Part shown: positions 58,911-64,000 of the stretch, piece after piece
Numbering within the stretch: the stretch's first letter is position 1
How the letters are laid out: each line of letters begins with the position of its first letter
Assembly (NCBI GenBank): GCA_963817385.1
Contig: CAWFOM010000012.1
Location: 49,514-113,513 of the forward strand
DNA from: an uncultured delta proteobacterium
GTDB lineage: Bacteria > Desulfobacterota > Syntrophia > Syntrophales > UBA5619
Direction of reading: 5' to 3'
DNA: 64,000 nt
The notes under the pieces: generated by a model
Database searches by the model: none
What the model saw: only the letters and a program-made list of their open reading frames with translations
Told to the model about the DNA's origin: nothing
Made by a program: the position numbers and the translations under genes

Positions 58911-59278
58911 TCGATCCCACGGTCGAGGTCGTGCTGCCCGGGCGGGCGTTGCGGGCCTCGCCGAGGAGGTCACCGACCCGGCGGAGTACCTCCCGAAGAT
59001 GCGCCATGTCCTCGTGACGCTCGGCGTCGTCGGCCGGGGGACGGTGGGGTGCGATCCGCGGAGCGCGTCGGACGAGGAGCTCCGGGAGCGGACCCGCGGG
59101 CTCCCGCTCGTTCGCATCCGCGCCACCGGCATCGCCGCCGGCCCGACGGAACCCCGGTGGGCAGGCATGGATCCCGGTGCAGGTCGCGGCGCTGTGGCTG
59201 AGCTGGCGCGCCGTTCGCTGGATCGGCGGTCGCTGCCGGTCCGGGTGCCGCGCCGGACGAGCGTGCTCGTGCCGATGA
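58910..59278 (+). CDS. C-terminal fragment of a deazaflavin-dependent nitroreductase-like protein (frameshifted, 5' truncated)
   Basis: DPTVEVVLPGR...EEVTDPAEY...LPLVRI and a hydrophobic tail. Confidence 0.5.
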
Positions 59279-59292
59279 CCAGCCCGCGATCG

Positions 59293-60141
59293 ATGCGGTG
59301 TGCGGTCTGCGTCCCCAACTTCGCGGAGTACGCGGATCCCCGGATCGTGGCGGACCTTGCCGGCATGGCGGAACGCGCCGGCTGGGACGGCCTCTTCGTC
59401 TGGGACCACCTGGTCGTCGATCGCGGGTGGGTCCTGGAGGTGGGCGATCCATGGATCATCCTGGCCGCCGCCGCCGCGGCCACGGAGCGGATCCGGCTGG
59501 GCCCGATGGTGACGCCGCTGCCTCGGCGCCGGCCGTGGCACGTGGCACGCGAGGCCGTCTCGCTCGACCAGCTGTCCGGCGGACGCGTCATCCTTGGGGT
59601 GGGGATCGGCGCTCCGCCCGAGGCGGACTTCGGCACGTTCGGCGAGCCCGAGGATCTCCGCGTGCGCGCCGAGATGCTCGATGAGGGCCTGGCGATCCTC
59701 GACGGGATGTGGACCGGCGAGCCGTTCGCGTTCGAGGGCACCCACTACCGCGTCGCCGAGGCCAGCTTCCGGCCGCGACCGTTGCAGCGGCCCCGGATCC
59801 CGATCTGGGTCGCCGTGACGTGGCCGCGTGGGGGCCCGATACGACGTGCGGCGCGCTGGGATGGTGCGGCGCCGATGAAGCTCGTCGACGGCGAGCCCGT
59901 GTTCCTCGATCCGGACGACGTCCGTGCGTTGTGCGCGACGATCCTGTCCGTGCGCGGAACGCTGGACGGGTTCGACATCCTGGTCGGCGGCGAGACGCCC
60001 GACGATGCGGCGGCAGGCGCCGCGCTCACCGAGCCATACGCGCACGCCGGGGCCACCTGGTGGGCGGAGAGCGTGAACCCGCGACGCGGTTCCCTGCGCG
60101 AGATGCGGGATCGAGTCAGCCACGGGCCGCCGCGCGCCTGA
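59293..60141 (+). CDS. LLM-class flavin-dependent oxidoreductase
   Basis: AERAGWDGLFVWDH, DPWI.LAA, RIRLGPMVTPL, LDQLSGGRVILGVG. Confidence 0.93.
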   Translation: MRCAVCVPNFAEYADPRIVADLAGMAERAGWDGLFVWDHLVVDRGWVLEVGDPWIILAAAAAATERIRLGPMVTPLPRRRPWHVAREAVSLDQLSGGRVILGVGIGAPPEADFGTFGEPEDLRVRAEMLDEGLAILDGMWTGEPFAFEGTHYRVAEASFRPRPLQRPRIPIWVAVTWPRGGPIRRAARWDGAAPMKLVDGEPVFLDPDDVRALCATILSVRGTLDGFDILVGGETPDDAAAGAALTEPYAHAGATWWAESVNPRRGSLREMRDRVSHGPPRA

Positions 60142-60353
60142 GCGAGTGTCCTCCGCACGGGTGACGTACGGAGATCGATCACGCCGGACGTCGATCCCGG
60201 CGCCGGGCCAATCGGCCTCGCCCGACCCGGCGCGAGCTCCGAACGGCACGGGCCGTCGCCCGGCGACGCGGACATGATGAGGCCCCGCCTCCTCGCGAGA
60301 GGAGGCGGGGCCCTGCCTGATCGGACTGGCGGAAGAGGAGAGAGGGGTGTCCC

Positions 60354-63300
60354 CTACCTCCCGGTGCCCGTCAGGGCGACGACGAGGGGACTGTTGACGG
60401 CATTGGAGCTGACCACCGTGAGCGTCCCGCTGAACGGCCCGACGGCGGTCGCCCGGAAGGTGACGCTGAGCCGGCAGGTCCTGCCCACCGCGACGGCCGC
60501 GGAGCAGGTGCCGAGGGTGACGCTGAACGGCGCCGCCGTGGAGGCGGAGGAGATGATCAGCGGGTTGGGACCGGTGTTGGTCACGGTCAGGGTGTTGGTG
60601 GTGGGGTTGTTGACCTTGCGGTTGCCGAAGGCGAGGGTCGCGGGCACGGAGAACGTGGTCGTCGCGGTGACGGCCGTCCCGCTGACCCCGACGAGGGAGG
60701 GCGAGCCCGCGGCGTTGTGCGCGATCGAGACCGAGGCCGTCTTGGCCCCGGCGGTGGTGGGCGCGAAGCGCACGTTGACGACGCAGCTCGCGGCCGGGAC
60801 GACCGTCGCGCAGGTGGTGCTCGCGATGGCGAACTGGCCGGCATCGGCGCCGGTGAGGGTGGCTCCGGTCACGACGAGGTTCGCCGAGCCGGTGTTGGTG
60901 ACCGTGATGGCCTGCGTCGCCGAGACCGTCCCGACGTTGCGCGAGGCGAAGGTCAGCGACGCCGGCGCGACGGTCGCCGCGGGGGCGGATGCCGAGCCCG
61001 TGCCGGCAAGGGTGACCGCCGAGGGCGAGCCCGCGGCGTTGTGGGCGATGCTCACCGAGGCGGACTTCGCCCCGGCGCTGGTCGGCGTGAACGTCACCCC
61101 GATGGTGCACGAGGCGGCCGGCGCGACCGGCGCCGCGCAGCCGTTGGTGGTCGCGAACTGGTTGGCGTTGGTCCCGCCCAGGGTGACCCCGGAGACGAGG
61201 AGGTTGGCCGTCCCGGTGTTGCTGACCGTGATGGTCTGCGCCGCCGAGGTGGTCCCCACGCCCTGCGTCCCGAACGTCAGCGAGGCGGGTGCGACGGCCG
61301 CGATCGGGGCCGCCGCGGCACCGGTGCCGGTCAGGCCAACGATGAGCGGCGACCCGACCGCGTTGCTCGCGATCGAGAGGCTCGCGGTCTTCGCCCCGAT
61401 CGTGGCCGGGGTGAAGGTGACGTCGATGCCGCAGCTCGCGTTGATGACGATCGTCGCGCAGGTGGTGCCCGCGACGGCGAACGAGGCCGCGTCGGTCCCG
61501 GTCACGGTGATCCCGGACACGACGAGGTTGGCGGTCCCGGTGTTGGTGAGCGTGATCGTCTGCGTCGCCGAGGTGGTCGTGATCGCCTGGCTCGCGAAGG
61601 TCAGCGACGCGGCCGAGGCCGACGCCGTCGGGCCGACGACCGGGAGCGAGGAGACGAGGACCGGGGCGGCGCGCAGATCGCACGTCCCGCGGACGGCGCC
61701 GGGGACGTCGCAGAAGCTGGCTGCTCGATGTTCCACAGCGTGTCGATGCCGTCGCCGGCCGGCGCCGCGATGTCGGCGACCGTCACGCTGCCGTTGGCGA
61801 GGCGGGTGATCGTGTACTGACCCTGCGGGCTCGAGAACAACGCCGTGTCGACGTTCGTCCCCGGACCCGGGATTGAGGAGCTCGCGAACTGCCACGATGT
61901 TGCCCGGGTTCACGAGGCCCGCGAACACGGCCTGCTGCAGGGTCATGCCGATGGTGCCGGGGCCGAAGCCGCCGGACGTGGCCATGTGCTCCATGAGGTC
62001 GGTGGTGCCGATCTCGCTGGCCGCGAGGGCCGGGTTCGTACGCACGCTGAGCCGGACGCTGAGGTACCGGTCGCCGTCGAGGATGTCGTCGGCGCCCCGG
62101 CCCTCGAGGGTGTCGCTGCCGGCGCCGCCGAGGAGGATGTTGCCTTCGCCCCACACCAGGCCGGTGAGCAGGCAGTGATGGGTCACGGAGTTGGCGACGA
62201 TCGGACCCGAGTCGACCGTGCGGATCGATGCGGGAACCAGGGCGTCGAGGCCGGCGATGCGGGCCACGCCCGCGGCGTCGAGCGCATCGCAGCCGATGAA
62301 CCCGCCGCCGCCGACGGCGCTCGGCACGACATCGTCACCGCGAAGCGTGTCATTGAAGTTCCAGCCGGAGAGCGCCTCGACCTCATTGAAGCGGTCGCGA
62401 ACTTCGTTCACGGGCGGCGCGTTGACGATCAGGAGCGCCAGGTCGGCATTCTGGGGCTGGGGGTCGGCCAGGCCGATCGACCAGTCGTATCCGGCTGCCC
62501 CGGCATTCTTCTCGACGCCGGGCCCTGCGACGTAGATGTCGTCGCCACCCTCGCCGTCGTAGTCGTCGTCGCCGCTCTGGCCGATCAGGATGTCGTGGCC
62601 AGGCAGGTTGTGGTCATCGAAGAACAGCGTGGAGCTGTCACCGATGAGGAGATCGGGCTGGTCGCCGCCCTCCTCCCAGTCGTCGCCGCTGTCGCCGAAG
62701 ATCGCGTCCTCGCCCTGGCCTGCGATGGCGAAGTCATCGCCTGCCCCGAGGAACGTCTTGTTGATGTTGGCGCCGCCGTTCGTGAAGTTGTTGCCATCGC
62801 CACCCATGATGATGTTGTTGCCAGGGCCGCCGTCGATGGCGTTGTTGCCAGGGCCGCCCTTGGGGACGTCGTCACCCGCGAGGTCAGTGATGATGTTGTT
62901 GCCTTCGCCACCGAGGGCGATATCGGCACCATCATTGCCCTCGATGATGTCGTTGCCGGGGCCGCCCCAGAACGTGTCGGAGTTGTTGCCACCGAAGATG
63001 CGGTCGCCGACCGTGCCGGGCCGGCCGTTGTAGACGGACTGGCCGTTGATGCCGACCGGGTCCACCGAGTTGACCGCGCGGTACCGGATCGTGCCATTGG
63101 CCATCTGGAGGAGCAGCCGGTTCTTGTTGCACTCCGACAGCGGGTCGTTGTTGACCGAGCCCGCGCCCGTGATGAAGCTGCCCGGGGCCGCCGGGAACGT
63201 CAGGCGGCCGAGCTCGAACTTGCAGTCGGCCGTCGCGAACGGATCGGCCTTCAGGGTGTGGGCGTTGGTATTGCGCATGACCAGCTCGGCGAACGAGTTG

Positions 63301-64000
63301 CCCTCGAGCTGGGCGCGCAGGTTCATGCCCGGGGTCCGGGCCAGGTAATAGAAGCGGTCGCCGTTCTGCAGGTTGGTGAGCTGGTTCTCGAACACGTAGT
63401 TGAACGTGCTGCCCAGCAGGCCACCGAACAGGTTGGTGCGCTCGGCGAGGCCGCCCATCCAGAGGTCGATGTCGTCGAGCCCGGTGATGGAGGTCGTGCC
63501 GACGTTTGCCCAGGCGCCCGTGCTGAACATGAAGTCGGCGCTGTCAGCGGGCGGGACGATGTCGTCCAGGCTCTCGTCGACGAGAAGGGTCAGAGGATCG
63601 TCACCCACGATGCCGTCCGGGCCGGGGAGGATCGTGCCGTTGACGATCTGGTCGGCCGCGGTGCGCCTGCCCGCGAGGGATGACGCGGCGGTGATGGACG
63701 GGTGCCGGCCATAGGCGGCGATGAAGTTGACCGCCGACTCCGGATGCTTGAGCGCCTCCCGGAAATCGACCCAGTCGGTGTACGGCGCCAGCTGGCCGTT
63801 GTTGGTCGCCCCGAAGATCTGCCGGCGCACGTTGTTCAGCGACGGGATTCCCTCGCTGCGCGCCCGGGTCATGTTGATGCTGGGCAGGTCGAGCGGCAGG
63901 CCGAGGAGGTGGTTGCGGAGCGTCTCGACGACGAACTCGTCGATCTCCTGGCCGGTCTGATCGGACATGCCCATGAAGATGCTGCCGGCGGCCTCCTGGG
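60354..64000 (-). CDS. Large secreted heme-peroxidase-family protein with RTX Ca-binding repeats and 4 C-terminal Ig-like (choice-of-anchor D/ASH) domains; 5' end outside window
   Basis: LRNHLLGLPLDL..NM.RAR, DLWMGGLAE, LQNGDRFYYL, GGxGxD repeats, TNTG.ANL...C repeats; compensated local frameshift ~61725-61860. Confidence 0.88.
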   Translation of the reverse strand, partial: QEAAGSIFMGMSDQTGQEIDEFVVETLRNHLLGLPLDLPSINMTRARSEGIPSLNNVRRQIFGATNNGQLAPYTDWVDFREALKHPESAVNFIAAYGRHPSITAASSLAGRRTAADQIVNGTILPGPDGIVGDDPLTLLVDESLDDIVPPADSADFMFSTGAWANVGTTSITGLDDIDLWMGGLAERTNLFGGLLGSTFNYVFENQLTNLQNGDRFYYLARTPGMNLRAQLEGNSFAELVMRNTNAHTLKADPFATADCKFELGRLTFPAAPGSFITGAGSVNNDPLSECNKNRLLLQMANGTIRYRAVNSVDPVGINGQSVYNGRPGTVGDRIFGGNNSDTFWGGPGNDIIEGNDGADIALGGEGNNIITDLAGDDVPKGGPGNNAIDGGPGNNIIMGGDGNNFTNGGANINKTFLGAGDDFAIAGQGEDAIFGDSGDDWEEGGDQPDLLIGDSSTLFFDDHNLPGHDILIGQSGDDDYDGEGGDDIYVAGPGVEKNAGAAGYDWSIGLADPQPQNADLALLIVNAPPVNEVRDRFNEVEALSGWNFNDTLRGDDVVPSAVGGGGFIGCDALDAAGVARIAGLDALVPASIRTVDSGPIVANSVTHHCLLTGLVWGEGNILLGGAGSDTLEGRGADDILDGDRYLSVRLSVRTNPALAASEIGTTDLMEHMATSGGFGPGTIGMTLQQAVFAGLVNPGNIVAVRELLNPGSGDERRHGVVLEPAGSVHDHPPRQRQRDGRRHRGAGRRRHRHAVEHRAASFCDVPGAVRGTCDLRAAPVLVSSLPVVGPTASASAASLTFASQAITTTSATQTITLTNTGTANLVVSGITVTGTDAASFAVAGTTCATIVINASCGIDVTFTPATIGAKTASLSIASNAVGSPLIVGLTGTGAAAAPIAAVAPASLTFGTQGVGTTSAAQTITVSNTGTANLLVSGVTLGGTNANQFATTNGCAAPVAPAASCTIGVTFTPTSAGAKSASVSIAHNAAGSPSAVTLAGTGSASAPAATVAPASLTFASRNVGTVSATQAITVTNTGSANLVVTGATLTGADAGQFAIASTTCATVVPAASCVVNVRFAPTTAGAKTASVSIAHNAAGSPSLVGVSGTAVTATTTFSVPATLAFGNRKVNNPTTNTLTVTNTGPNPLIISSASTAAPFSVTLGTCSAAVAVGRTCRLSVTFRATAVGPFSGTLTVVSSNAVNSPLVVALTGTGR

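Noticed and set aside
58897..63683. Very long alternative ORFs (58897-61683 -, 60274-61809 +, 61845-63683 +)
   Set aside because: Shadow frames of GC-rich repetitive genes; no recognisable motifs and fully overlapped by better-supported CDSs
1..64000. CRISPR arrays, tRNA/rRNA genes, selenocysteine read-through
   Set aside because: No regularly spaced repeats, cloverleafs or rRNA-like tracts seen; no in-frame TGA at conserved Cys positions noticed

Overview
About 1-58,900 reads as an anaerobic deltaproteobacterium-like chromosome segment; a Syntrophales-type host is inferred from gene content, not proven. It carries housekeeping genes (metK, csp, murJ, yggT/yggU, proC, rne, tsaC-like, cimA, bioD, bioF) and three tripartite tricarboxylate transporter (TctABC) loci. 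It also has an aldehyde:ferredoxin oxidoreductase, a decayed integron with toxin-antitoxin and DUF1801 cassettes, and IS91/IS3 scraps. From ~58,910 the sequence is markedly more GC-rich (F420/LLM oxidoreductases, a giant heme-peroxidase/RTX/Ig protein) and is probably a chimeric join. About ten genes carry single-base frameshifts, likely sequencing errors. Best leads: (1) an uncharacterised two-gene Fe-S/metal module present twice around a GntR-controlled amidohydrolase-TTT-amidase operon; (2) a PhcB-like methyltransferase paired with a 6-TM hybrid kinase, a candidate quorum-sensing pair; (3) an Ile-sensing leader-peptide attenuator upstream of cimA; (4) a SAM-II-like riboswitch plus terminator upstream of a divergent metK; (5) duplication of the GntR-operator promoter in front of another TTT operon; (6) a RAPP-motif putative arrest peptide. 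All family calls come from motif recognition by eye; no database searches were run.
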